Shown piece after piece: positions 49,106 through 62,645 of a stretch of 64,000 bases of DNA. Under the pieces are notes generated by a model, which saw only the letters and a program-made list of their open reading frames with translations, made no database searches and was not told the origin of the DNA. Position 1 is the first letter of the stretch, and each line of letters begins with the position of its first letter. The stretch is from Octopus sinensis (Eukaryota): NCBI RefSeq assembly GCF_006345805.1, contig NC_043003.1, positions 4,526,001 through 4,590,000 on the forward strand. Reading direction: 5' to 3'. The position numbers and the translations under genes were made by a program.

Positions 49106-51129
49106 CCTACATATATATATATATACACGATATGATATGATATGTTATTCCTTAAGAATGGTGCCGGGCTATAAGGAAAGCCGTTTCCAGTAACCTTATT
49201 TCAACCAAACATTTTACGAACGACACAAAATGGAAACCAATAGTGAAAATCAAAAACGGTGAGAACACAGGAGATGGAAACCGAATCTCTTGGCATTTAG
49301 TTTGGCGTTCTTGCTTTCTTTCTGTCTCTCTGTCTGTCGGTCTCCTTCTCACTCTCATTCTCTCCCTCTCCCCCCTCTCTCTCTCTCTCTGGTACGTCTC
49401 ACAGAATGTTGCCTGGAATGATATTCATCGGCAAAGTGTGAAACTGATAGCCAAACATTAGCGTACTGCCAATATGATTGAATTATGGCAAGTCTGATAA
49501 AGCCGGGAAGATATTTTAATAACAAGGTGAATGTTACACAAAAAAATGTTCTGATATAATGCGGTTGTAGCTAATGCTGTATTCTGATCTGAATTTAATT
49601 AGTAAGGTGTTTTATGATGTAAACCACGACTTTACAGATCCTTTCAGATCTCGACTTCCTTTTCGTAGCTGAGATATTTTGATTTTATTTTGTGAAGTGG
49701 GCCAAGTATTTTTACCAACATGAAGTAATATAATACTAGCTTCGTACTTATTCTTTTATGGAAATGCAGTTAGGTTTAATAAATAATCTTAAAGTTTAAA
49801 TTTACATTTGAAATGAAAATAAATTGCGTTTCTAAAACTATCTCACAATTCTTTTCTGTGGTTTTTCAGGAAGAAATAATGTCCATTTTGTTTGTGGCAT
49901 TATTTCCAGGATTTAATATGATTTGAAAAGTAACCTCAGAATATTTCAAGAATATAGTTTTTAAAAGTTTGACATTGAAATAAAATGTCTGTAAAAACCA
50001 GAATCAAATTAAAAGTCAACCCTGATATACTTGGGATCATAGTTTTGTCTCATTTATAGGAATTCTATAAAATACACTAATCTAAGAAGCCAAATATGTT
50101 GTCACTTAATATCAGCAATGGAAGTAATATTAATTCAGGATTAACGATCTGTATATATACTTAAAGTGTGTATATGTTGAAAGCCTTCTAAACTGCAGTA
50201 CTTGTCTTGAGAAAGTATCTGTTATAGACATATAGTTAAAAACATCCTATCAGAGATAGTTTCTCAAGAGAAATTCCGCTGTTTAGAAGGCTTTCAAAAT
50301 ATTCAGCCTGTAAGTATGTATACAAATTATTAAATACGCTATATTTCTAATCCAAATATTAACTACACTTAAAACCAGATTAGCAATCAAATTCCAATGA
50401 AGATCAATCTGTAAATACTTTTCTTTTATTGGAAAGACACACCTACCTGTTAGGAAAGATGACTATTGTGTGGGTCCCTCGAGTAACAGGCTACCAAAAG
50501 GGTAATACTAGGGACTCACAGTCACAAGTCGGTGAACATCTTGTTACTAAAAAGGTAACTCTTTATGTGGAATAGCCGCCATTTCTCTACTCAAGTAAAC
50601 AGTTACGTCCCAAAACGTTAATTTGTTCTCATACATTGGAGTTATGAAACGGCACCAGTATGCAGCCAATCGACTTGCTAGAAAAATCAGTAAAGTAGGA
50701 TTCTAATGAATAATGCAGCCTTAGACTTGATACGCCTTGAAAAAATATTAAATACAATGATGACGGATTGTTGTTAACATAATGAATGAAACCTGAAGTA
50801 AGGCTAACATCTTTGATAATGTAATACTATTTCTGGACATCTTTGATAATGACACATAACTTCTTCCCGGGCATCTTTGATAATATTTCTGCTAGATTAG
50901 ACCTGACACAGGTCTAACATCCGTAATGTTATTTCCGTTTGACATGGCCTGACGTAGGGCTAACATTTTGGATCTACTTTCGTATTGGGTTAACATCATT
51001 GCTCAAACATCTGCTCAATCAAACTTGATAAGGAGTTAAAGACCAACAATTCAGACCACAAAATGAATGCTAAGATTTCAAATAAACATAAAGTAAACAG
51101 CAGCGACTTGAAAGGTGAGAATTACTTAC

Positions 51130-51237
51130 GGATGAGATTTTTCATATGGTAACTCCACCCACTTTCCATCCAAGGGTATGTATCGTCGTTAAATACACAC
51201 AGCTGATCCAGTGGTAAGTTCATTCGTCTAAATTTAC
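51130..51237 (-). CDS. Internal symmetric phase-1 coding exon (GKFRRMNLPLDQLCVFNDDTYPWMESGWSYHMKNLI)
   Basis: Acceptor TATTTCTCGTCGTTGCAG, donor CC|GTAAGT, 108 nt; joins exon 47427-47603 in frame (C|AA = Gln). Confidence 0.8.
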
Positions 51238-51451
51238 CTGCAACGACGAGAAATAATAGATTGTCAATATCTCTGGCATGTTATTTATCGAGGACTGTTA
51301 AAGTATCAGCGGACAACAAATAAAGACACACAAACATATATATTGTATATGCGCATATATATATATATACATATATTATACTTATATATACGTATACACA
51401 TATATATGATGTGTAAATATGTGTATGTAAATATATATACGTATATAATAC

Positions 51452-51710
51452 GATGAGAAAATAGAGAGGTAATTAATTAATTATTATTTATTAATTAAAA
51501 AAAAAATTATAAACATCCCTTACAGACGTTTCAATTCCAGACCTTCAGAAAATTTATTGATTAAATTAAAATCTATTTGGAAGTCGAATCTCTTCAGAGG
51601 TACTTAAAGATGTACAAAATAGGTGTTCATTTCCTGCATGTTGATGTTTGTCAATTTTTTTTTAATTAATAAATAATAATTTATTAATTATATTTCTATT
51701 TTCTCATCTT
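51452..51710. repeat. Imperfect fold-back: ~57-bp AT-rich inverted arms around a degenerate PLE-type motif
   Basis: GATGAGAAAATAGAGAGGTAATTAATTAATTATTATTTATTAATTAAAAAAAAAATT and its complement at about 51653-51710. The spacer carries CTGAAGG...GAAACGTC on the minus strand. Confidence 0.7.
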
Positions 51711-51760
51711 ATTATTATTATAATAAATAAATATATATAAATCACGGTTTATACAGTTAC

Positions 51761-51825
51761 CTTGCAGTTGGGTATTAGCTATTATGTTCAATATTCTTTT
51801 TATAGGTAAACAACCTTTGAAATTC
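51761..51825 (-). CDS. Weak candidate upstream exon (NFKGCLPIKRILNIIANTQLQ)
   Basis: Donor AAG|GTAACT ends in phase 1, as required for 51130-51237; the acceptor is weak. Confidence 0.2.
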
Positions 51826-51860
51826 CTGAATGAGGTTTGTAACCTTTAATTGTGCTTATG

Positions 51861-51947
<87 letters not shown>

Positions 51948-52279
51948 TAATATTTATATATATGTATATATACATTTATTTACATATATATACACAACAC
52001 ACACACATATATATGATATGTAAATACATACACACACACACACACGTATATATATATATATATAAGTTGTAATAATGAAGTCAAACCAAATAATGATATT
52101 TTGAAATCATTTAACATAGACATTTCAGGGTTGCTTAATATATGCTTGCATAATATATACTAGGAAATGCGCCCATTACATAAACCTTCCTCAAAAATAG
52201 GAAGAGATTGATGGTAAAGTTTCAATATATATTATATATATATATATATATTGTTATATTTCGGAATGGTCATTTAAAC

Positions 52280-52361
<82 letters not shown>

Positions 52362-53499
52362 TATATGTGTGTGTGTGGTGTGGTTAGAACAGTAATTAGG
52401 CTGTGAACTCAGTAGCGGACTGAAATCTTCCCATCGATCCTTTTCGTATATTAAGGAGTTTTGCTCTCTCTTTGAGATGAAGGAGTCACTGACCTTATTT
52501 TCGTATGTGTTGTTTATGAAATCACGTGCATTTTATCAAGAATACGAGTAGATTTTTAACTGCTTTCTGTATGTCGTCCATGCCACGGGTTTGTATTATA
52601 AACAAAATAATATTATTGATCTCGGTGAAGATCTTTGTCCTTCACTTTAGAGCGACACATGTTAATCCATAGTCACTCTTTTAACCTTTCCCATCCTAAA
52701 CTAGTCGGGTGGTGTCTGTGTGAAACATGCAAACCGATTTGCTTCTACCATATCCTGGTCTTTAACCAGGATGGACTCGGATTGGGCCACATAACTTCAT
52801 TCAGAACTTGGCTGATAACAAACTTTTGGTTGTTAATTTTCGAGGCATTGGGTGTTGCTGCACCGTCAAAACCATCCACCAAGTTCTAAATCTCTGCACC
52901 AAAGAGGACAAAGGTACATTCAATATTAAACAACGTTGTTATTTCTCTAAGGAATAAAATATAGTCTTGGTCTTAATTTTGAGGAGTTACATCTTAAATA
53001 GATTGGAATCAGGCCTTGTCAAATTTGTATACGACTTTGAGTCATATAAGAGTTCCTTAAACTAACAGACTGAAAATATGGCTGGTGCTTTTCCTCGTCT
53101 CACTTTGACTCAGCCTGCAACACAAAACAGTGCAAGGCTTAGGGCTCATTTACAAGCCTAAGCTTTGATGTCACATATATAAATCTTGAAGAATTTGGCT
53201 TCCTGAAGACATCTCTTATTCCCCATTTTTTCCTATTCCGTCTGATTCTTTCGTTGATTCTTTCATCTTTGATGACAAGGCATCATGATACAGAGGGCGA
53301 CGTCAGAGCGCAATGACCAAAGTCAGTTACCACAGGTCAATTTGTTTGACGCGCTAACTATCACGTCGTTTAAACTGTTACTTTTTTACCGAATTCGGAC
53401 GGAAATCAAAATTATATGTAACTGGATTTGAATTTATATATATATATATACATGCATATATACATACGTATATGTATATACTTACATCTATACGTGATA

Positions 53500-53580
53500 A
53501 TTATTCGGTAGCCATGATAAAACTCAGAGTTTCCGCCCCGACATCCGAAACTCGGAGTTTTATCATGGCTATCGAATAAT
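53500..53580. repeat. Hairpin: 34-bp stem, 13-nt loop
   Basis: ATTATTCGGTAGCCATGATAAAACTCAGAGTTTC-CGCCCCGACATCC-GAAACTCGGAGTTTTATCATGGCTATCGAATAAT; one G-T pair and one mismatch. Confidence 0.9.
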
Positions 53581-53833
53581 ATATTTGCAGATAAATCCCT
53601 CTATTTACATAATATCGAGGTCTCTTTCATTCTTTTGTTGTTTTACCATTTCTATCAATATATAAATCTATATCTATCTATCTATCTTTAAACAGCCGAA
53701 ATTGCTAAGATGATCCGGTTCCGACTGAAGATTTGAGGCTTCGAGTGACCCGTCTGTTTTTTTTGTGTCGTCTCTTTGTGTGTTTTTGCGTTCTTGTCCC
53801 ACTTTGTAATTTATATTTTATATTTAATTTCTA

Positions 53834-53898
<65 letters not shown>

Positions 53899-54467
53899 TA
53901 TATACATATGGATACGTGCGTATGTATGTATATCACATTTCTCAATATAAATATATAATGTACACACAAACGCACACACACACATACATACACGCACAAA
54001 CAATATGCATATAGAAACAAAGAGACAGACAGAGAAATAGAGAGGAGGATAGTGCGTGTATATATGTACAAATATACGTGTCTGTGTGTGTTTATATGTT
54101 CATGTTGTGTCTCGTAATTGTAGTTGTTGTTGTTGTTGGTATAGTTGTGTTTCAAAGTTGGAATGTACGTTATAAAGGCAAGTTCGCCTTTCATAGTCGG
54201 GGGTCCATAGTCAGGGGTTCATAAAAGAAAATTAAGGAGTTATTGGGACAAATCAATAAACGGTTTCTCTATATTTCGGTAAATTGGCGCCACATCTCGT
54301 AAACATCTCAACATTTACTCTTTCAAATATATATAGATATATATATATATATATAGATATATATATATATATCTTTCTTCTTCTCTTGTACTCATCGTCG
54401 CAAACACACACACACACACAGAACATTCAAATACACACATACGTATGTATATATGTAAGTATGTGTG

Positions 54468-54532
<65 letters not shown>

Positions 54533-54544
54533 TGTGTGTGTGTG

Positions 54545-54576
<32 letters not shown>

Positions 54577-54734
54577 CTGAAATATATGCAAACATTTGTC
54601 TGCATATAAATATGTGTGTGTGTGTATTTATACACACATTTTGAATTATTACATTTTGATGTATGCATGCATGTATGTATATATAAACATATATTCATTA
54701 TATCTACCCACTTACCTAAGTCTCTAACTATCCA

Positions 54735-54765
<31 letters not shown>

Positions 54766-55261
54766 ATTTTCTATATACACACGCACACACAAATATACAT
54801 ATATATGTACAAAGACACATATACATGTTTATACACATATATGTATCCATATATACTCACAAACATATACCCATGAACACACACAGACACACACACATTC
54901 CAAGTCACTTAGTGGCCTTTTAGTTTTTGTTCTCTCTCGTATTTAATGTGTTATATACGAGCAAAACATGGTTTTGTACTTGTAAAACACAAGCTACAAT
55001 AAATCAGCGTGTACAACAGCATATTTATTATGTGTGTGTATATATATACATATATGCATATATGACAGTATATAAATAGATATTTGTATATGAGTGTTGT
55101 TTGTTGAATGTGAGGAGAACGAGGCAACACACTTGGGTACTTGTGTTTGGAATAATAAATTATTATATATCCATGCAATCCCAAACATATGTTCGGCTTG
55201 TGTTTATATACATCTCATAAATATTTCAGGCTCTTGCGGTTTACATACATACATACGTATA

Positions 55262-55304
<43 letters not shown>

Positions 55305-55906
55305 ATATCTATATGCATACAAATGTAAATATATATATATGCATACATATGTAAATATATCTATATATCTATATGCATACATATGTAAATATATCTATAT
55401 ATCTATATGCATACAAATGTAAATATATATATATATGTAGGTATGTATGTATGTATGTATATATTCAACCTATTCACATCTCACTGTAGAGTCATCAAAT
55501 ATATAAACACCAACAGTAATTGTGTCTCTCTACGCAGAAATATACAGATATACATAAATGCATATTTGCATTCATACGGGAGCATATGTGCATACATACA
55601 TATATAATTACATGCATACATGTATGTGTATGTATATACACACACACATATATATATATAAGTATGTAGATGGAGACATATGCACATCGATAGAGAAGCA
55701 TAACTGTAAAGATTTACGTCTGTACCCATATACACTTAAACTCATTTATATTTTATACATATAGTATATATAAAAAAATATATATGTATATATATATATA
55801 CATACATATATCTATTTATATATATAATATATATATATGCATACATATATCTATATAACATATACCTATTTATACGTATATACATACATATATCTATATA
55901 TGTATG

Positions 55907-55993
<87 letters not shown>

Positions 55994-56929
55994 GTATTCA
56001 CACATCCACTCATATACACACCATATTTGTGGTAACCAGTTGACCTTATTCTACACCCATTCTGAATACACTCCATTATAAAAGTCTATCAGCTCCTGTA
56101 AACATGGCGGCTGGTTTTTATTATGTATATTGTGATGTAAATATTTAACGAAAATAACGTATTTCTAAAAGGTGTATATGTATATATATTCCTATATGTA
56201 TGAACACGTGAGCGTATATATTTATATATTTATTTATACGAACCTGCATGAACGCCTGCATGTATGCGCTCATTTGTATCTATATATGTGTGCGTATGTC
56301 TGTGTGTGTATATTTTGTATTGTGAATGCTTATATAACTATGTGACTGTGTATGTCTTTGTATATGTTTATATGTTAGTAAATGCACCTGTGTGGTCTAA
56401 TTAATTGTGTAATTATGGTTTAATTATATAAGGTGTGTGTTGGGTAGGGTTTGACCGTCGTTAATATTCTCAATGTATCATTCAATCAAGGATTGCCCCC
56501 CCTCCTCTCCACGTGACCCGTATATAGTCCTGTTGTGTTGGCATACCCGGTATATCACATAACTATACATTACCAAGGGGCGCTGCAATGTTGAAACAGC
56601 AAAATATCACGTTAAATAACTTTATGTTCTGCGTTCGATACCAAGCTATGTAGATGTTATTCTCTATTCCTCCAGGGATGATAAGCAAATATTGCTAAAA
56701 ATGTATCAATATTCAATCGAGTACATTGTCACTATTGTTTTATATCCTGTTCAAGTCAGAGCTAAAGACAAGCCGTGGTCATCATACCTGTTTCGTGGTA
56801 TTTGTGGCAACTCAGTTCGAAATATACCTGTTTGCTAAAATGGTATGGTGTGACCCGAGGAAGTCTCACAGGACATTCAACCATTTAGAATTCCCTTCGT
56901 TGAACCGAAATAATCTTTTCTACTTTAGG

Positions 56930-57125
56930 CACACGGCCCGAAATTTTGGGGGCGGGGGTGGGGCAGTTGATTTGATCGATCTCCAGTATGCAACAGGTAC
57001 TTACTTTAATCGACCCTGAAAGGATGAAAGGCAAAGTCGACCTCGGCGGAATTTGAACTTAGGACGTAAAGACAGACGAAAAACCGTTAAGCATTTCGCC
57101 TGGCTTTCTAACGTTTCTGCCAGCT
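56930..57125 (-). mobile_element. SINE family 1 copy
   Basis: Diagnostic GAAAGGATGAAAGGCAAAGTCGACCTCGGCGGAATTTGAAC. Confidence 0.85.
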
Positions 57126-57334
57126 CAGAGTTAGAAAAAAAATGTTGCAGGATTAGATATCCGTATGGAACATGGAGGTGCGTGGTTAGGGGCGATGAAA
57201 ACCCTCTTGATACCGTAATTACAGATGTGAAAGAGGTCGAGGCGATCGATTGGTGGGGACAATTGTGGCCTTTTCCTTTATTAGGGCTTCCAAAGTAGGG
57301 ATGAAGAATTTAGTACGGAAGCTAAGAAGAGAAT

Positions 57335-57500
57335 ATACAGGCGGAGCTGCGTAGTAAGAAGCTTGCTTGCCAATCATATGGTTCCGGGTTCAGTCCCGCT
57401 GAGTGGCGACTTGGACAAATGTCTTCTACTATAGCCTCACACCGAGCAAAGGCCTTGTGAATAGGTTTGGCCGATGGAAACTGAAAGAAGCCCATGGTAT
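57335..57500 (+). mobile_element. SINE family 2, 5' half (a 3' half occurs at 58010-58200)
   Basis: GGAGCTGCGTAGTAAGAAGCTTGC...GGTTCCGGGTTCAGTCCCGCTG...GGAAACTGAAAGAAGCCC. Confidence 0.8.
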
Positions 57501-57742
57501 ACATACATAATACATACATACATATATATACAATATCCCTGCATATCTCACGTCTATTTTCGTTCCTCCACTTCACTCTCTATTTCATATCTAGAATAAC
57601 TATTTCTTAACCATCTTCTCACACCGTCTCCGATAAAGGGATATATAAAATATCCCGGAAACAGCTGTATGACCTTCAATTTATAAATGTTCTGAAATCT
57701 TTCACAGCCTTGGATTTATCTCATTCTGTAATATATATATAT

Positions 57743-57802
<60 letters not shown>

Positions 57803-58849
57803 AATATATATATCGTGTACATTAGGACACATTAAGAGACTTCCAAATAGGAAAGCCTTGTGCTAGAAAGAGCAGTAGAAACCTAAACCACTAATTATAT
57901 ATATAGTCTATTGAATTTTTTTTGTGCTAGACCACTGGTGATAATAATTTCTATAATTCTTATTACCCTAATATTATTTATAAATATATATATATCTATG
58001 TGTGTGTGTGTGTGTGTTTTGGGACCTGTGTTTGTCCTGCACCACTGCCTGACAACCGGTGTTGTTGTGTTTACATCCTCCTAACTTAGCAGTTCGGTAT
58101 AACAGGGCAATAGACTAAGTATGAAACTTTAAAAACGTAAATTCACGATGGTGCCCAAAAATGGCCGCAGTCTAATGCCTGAAACAAGTAAAAGATCCAT
58201 TAGAACGACCTCTACGTTTTTCCTTAATTTAATTAGTTTCAAAGCTCTTCTCTGGATTAACTTATCTTTGTACCACCTTTTACAAGACTGTCGGTTGGGG
58301 ATTATAGTACTAAAGTCCAACATCTTGGCAATTCTTCTTCCAAAAGCTTCCTTTTCTTCGATTCAAACATACAATAAAATTTGGTCACTTCTTGACCTGT
58401 CAGGACTGTGACAGCGGCGGTTTAAATGAAATCAAAAGAGGTTATCTAACGGGGCAGCCATCTATAATGTCCATCAACTAAATTGTGTCAGATAGGGAAA
58501 CATTTAATGCTTATGCTCTGATATTCTGCAACCAGAAACCCATCACAGAATATGTTTGTTGGAAATTTTCAAAAGCTACCATAATAACTTCAAGTTCTGA
58601 TCAGAATAGCAGAAGGCATATATTTCATTAATTTGTAAGTTAATGAATTAGTTATTGCGTGGACTGACAACATCTCTATTTCTGCAGACCGATGTCTAGA
58701 CTGACGAAATAATTCCTCCAGCTATTCAAAACGAGCGAATCCTATAATAAAGTTATGTAACAATATCGTCTGCATTATTTTGTCTGATTGCTAAATGTGC
58801 GGTGCGCCCCCCCCCCACGCCCACATGCACCTCTACAAACACGCATAAT

Positions 58850-58850
58850 A

Positions 58851-58902
<52 letters not shown>

Positions 58903-59061
58903 GTCTGTCTGTGTCTATCTATCTATCTATCTACCTACCTACCTACCTACCTACCTACCTATCTATCTATCTGTCCGTCTATCTATCTGTCCGTCTATCT
59001 ATCTATCTGTCTGTCTGTGTCTATCTATGTACTTGTCTGTCTGTGTCTATCTATGTACCTG

Positions 59062-59144
<83 letters not shown>

Positions 59145-59153
59145 ATGTACCTG

Positions 59154-59230
<77 letters not shown>
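58850..59230. repeat. (TCTA)n microsatellite with TCTG/ACCT/GTACC variant modules
   Basis: Seen directly. Confidence 0.95.
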
Positions 59231-59231
<1 letters not shown>

Positions 59232-59752
59232 CCTCTTTCTACTTATATACAGTATCAAATAAAAGATATTGTTCAGATAATATCAGATAAATTTTGATAG
59301 TTTACCGAATGATTCTTCTACGCAATTTCCAGAATTGTTTTTACTAAATGGTTTTATTGGAAACAGATTTGAAAACTAATCCAGAACTACTTATTCCTAT
59401 TTATTCCTACAACTTTTGCTAAATCATCTGCTTTCTTACTTTCCATTTTCTCCGTATGACCTGATATACAAAACGCTCGAATTGTTTATTTTCAAATAGA
59501 TAATTATCCGTTTTTTAATATTATCTTTTCACTTGTTTTGAAACCAGATCTCTTTTTGCTGATTGAAATAATTCTAAATGACATAAACTATCTGTAAATG
59601 AAAAAAGAAAAAAAAAACATTTTCCATGGTATTTCTTGAGCAGAATCTAAAGATGCTAATATTCCTTTCATATTGTACAAGTCTGATGTAATTTTAAACT
59701 GAGAGAGATACGCTGTAAATGCATTGCATTTTCTATAAAACATAGAGATAAG

Positions 59753-60110
59753 ATGGCGGGATGGCAGAATCGTTAGCACGCCGGGCGAAATGCTTAGAGC
59801 TATTTCGTCTGCCGTTATGTTGTGAGTTCAAATTCCGCCGAGGTCGACTTTGCCTTTCATCCTTTCGGGGTCGATAAATTAGGTACCAGTTACGCACTGG
59901 GGTCGATGTAATCGACTTAATCCCTTTGTCTGTCCTTGTTTGTCTCCTCTATGTTTAGCCCCTTGTGGGCAATAAAGAAATAAGAAACGTTAGCACGTCA
60001 GGCGAAATGCTTAGCGCTATTTCGTCTGACTTTATGATCTGAGTTCAAATTCGGGCTAGGTCGACTTTACCTTTCATCTATTCGGGGTCGATAAATTAAG
60101 TACCAGTTGC
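59753..60110 (+). mobile_element. Tandem dimer of SINE family 1
   Basis: The full copy ends AATAAAGAAATAAGAAAC and runs straight into GTTAGCACGTCAGGCGAAATGC of a second, head-truncated copy. Confidence 0.9.
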
Positions 60111-60207
60111 CATTGCAGCTTTCCGATGCAGCGGGTATATAATTGTTAAAGAAGACAACAAACATTATGGCAAACATCTCAAGTCGTATACATTATTATT
60201 ATTCAAA

Positions 60208-60263
60208 ATCTTACAGCTGTTTCTGGGCTGTCCCAGAATATGGGATATTCAGTCATCAGAGAC
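60208..60263 (-). ncRNA. Hammerhead-ribozyme-like motif, irregular stem II
   Basis: GTCT-CTGATGA-CTGAATATCCCATATTCTGGGACAGCCCA-GAAA-CAGCTG-TA-AGAT; palindromic stem III ACAGCTGT, GUA triplet, 4-bp helix I. Confidence 0.45.
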
Positions 60264-61294
60264 AAATAAGGAAAAATGGGGAGAATGAGAAGGGTATATA
60301 TTAATGAAATGACAAAACAGAGGAAGGAAGTAATGGAATAAGGAGATGAAGAGAGAAGAAAAAGAAGCATAAAGTTCATAGTTCAACTTTCATCCTGCGC
60401 AGAACGTTTGTTGTCCTCTTTAACAATTATATATATATGTGTATATATGTCGTCACTCCTGTTCTCCTTAAAACACATATTTATCATTGGGTCGACAGAC
60501 TTCATCATTTCTTCTTATTTTTCACCTTTCGTGTCCTTATTCGTCTGTCATGTCCACAAGTTTGCACCCCACCAGCTTATGTTGCTTAGACCGTTCAAGT
60601 GGACACAATTGTCCGAAGTTGTCGAGACCGTGATGATATTTGGTCAATAAATGACGAGGGATATAACTTGTCTGCGTCCGATATTTTTTCTCATTTTCTT
60701 TTTGTAAGTTCTTATCGTCTCTTGTGCCACATCTTCATTTCACACACACGCACACGCATGCACACACATGCGCGCGCGCGCACACACACATCATTTGATA
60801 AACACAGGATCTGTCCAATTACAGTACTGCCTGCTTATAATGTTTATATAAACTCGCATATAAATTCTGTATTTATTAAAGAACTCTTTGGTAGAACCTC
60901 AAAGCACAAATATAAAAATAATAGAATGTAAATATTTGGATGGGAAAAAGTGAAGGCTACCCGTGGGAATCGAACTCACATCTTCTGTAGGCACAACAGG
61001 CGTTTGCGAGTAAGAATAAAGTTTCTAAATTAGAGAAATTGGAAGGATTGCTTTGATCCAATGGTTGAGTGTCTGCCATGTCAATAGGCGATGTGGGTTC
61101 GTTTTCTCTTGGAGTTTTTCTATCCAAAACTGCTTTCCAAACCAATTATCACTGGCATTTATTTATAGATTACATGTGCTTCGAGATTCACTTCCAACCC
61201 ATACCTTCAAAAATTATTTCTCGATCTCTCGAAAGTTTATAAATTGTTATGGTGGCAACAAAGTTATTAAAGGAAAGCATTTATCTCCAGTTTA

Positions 61295-61510
61295 AGGCGG
61301 CGCGCTGGCAGAACGGTCAACACACCGACCAAACTGCTTAGTGGCATTGTGGAATTAATTCCAAGTTCAAATTCTGCCGAGGCCGAACTTGCTTTTCATT
61401 CTTTCGAGGTCGAGAAAATAAGAACAAGTTGAGAATTGGAGGTCGATGTAACAATCGAACTTACCCTTCCTACCGTAATTGCTGGCCTTGTACCAAAATT
61501 TGAAATCAAC
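61295..61510 (+). mobile_element. SINE family 1, diverged
   Basis: AAGGCGGCGCGCTGGCAGAAC head, TTTCATTCTTTCGAGGTCGAG centre. Confidence 0.7.
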
Positions 61511-61896
61511 ATTCATCTCTCGCTTAATGTAGCACATTTTTGTGGATCCTACAAATCATGAAAGAGTACACACAAACACACACACACACACATGCATATA
61601 TGGAAATATTTCATGCAATGAAACTCAGTAAGTGTTTTACCAGAAAAAGAACATTTTAGCAGATTTTTCAAGGAAAGTGAGGAAGCATTATACTTTTTAA
61701 CAAGCAATGATACTCGGAGTAACAACAGTGATATACAGTTTAACCATACTCACCTATTCTATACTGCAGTAGGTTATTGTTTCTGCGATTGAATTCTATG
61801 CAAGTATAGCGTTGAGAACTGAAATGATAAAAGAGAAACGATGGATTAAATTAATAGCAGATATTCCATCCATCCATCTATCTATCTATCTATCTA

Positions 61897-61969
<73 letters not shown>

Positions 61970-62094
61970 GTCTGTCCGTCTGTCTGTCTGTCTGCACATA
62001 CATACCTACGTACATACATATGTTCATACGAACACAAACACATATATTCATGCATACACACACACTGATATTTATATATGTATATATATACATG

Positions 62095-62395
62095 TGTGGA
62101 GGCGCAATGGCCCAGTGGTTAGGACAGCGGACTCGCAGTTGTAGGATCGTAGACCGGGCGATTTGAGTGTTTATTGAGCAAAAACACCTAAAGCTCCACG
62201 AGGCTCCGGCAGTGGGTGGTGGCGATCCCTGATGTACTATTTCGCCACAACTTTCTCTCACTCTTTCTTCTGTTGGCATGCTCGCTTAGCCAGCGGAGTG
62301 GCGTCATTTGAAGGTTAAAACAATGCGAAGTGCGTTGTGACCAGCGATGTGTAGCAACATCTGATAGCCTGATCGGTCACGGTGATCACGGTGTT
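62095..62395 (+). mobile_element. SINE family 3
   Basis: GTGGAGGCGCAATGGCCCAGTGGTTAGGACAGCGGACTCG...AAAGCTCCACGAGGCTCCGGC...GGTCACGGTGATCACGGTG. Confidence 0.8.
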
Positions 62396-62585
62396 ATATA
62401 CATGTATACATACATATATATATATATATATAAGTGAACCGAGAGAGTAGATGCTTATTCCATTCGTTTACAGCTGTTTCTTTAACTTGTTAGTTAAATA
62501 ATAGATATAGCATCAACAATAACATGCATATAAAATACACATATATACACACACGCACACATATATGTATGTACATGTACACACA

Positions 62586-62645
<60 letters not shown>

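Noticed and set aside
52635-52890. Strong minus-strand acceptor near 52893 and ORF 52635-52889
   Set aside because: All minus-strand frames hit stops before a credible donor, and the plus-strand ORF has no recognisable motif; it could be a UTR exon or an old LINE remnant.
57625-57675. Hammerhead-like fold with a 7-bp stem II (GGGATAT/ATATCCC)
   Set aside because: The core is CCGATAA, with uncompensated changes at U4 and G8; presumed dead.
60589-60702. Possible plus-strand exon (TVQVDTIVRSCRDRDDIW...) ending at GTAAGT
   Set aside because: Isolated, with a modest acceptor, no partner exons and opposite to the supported gene.
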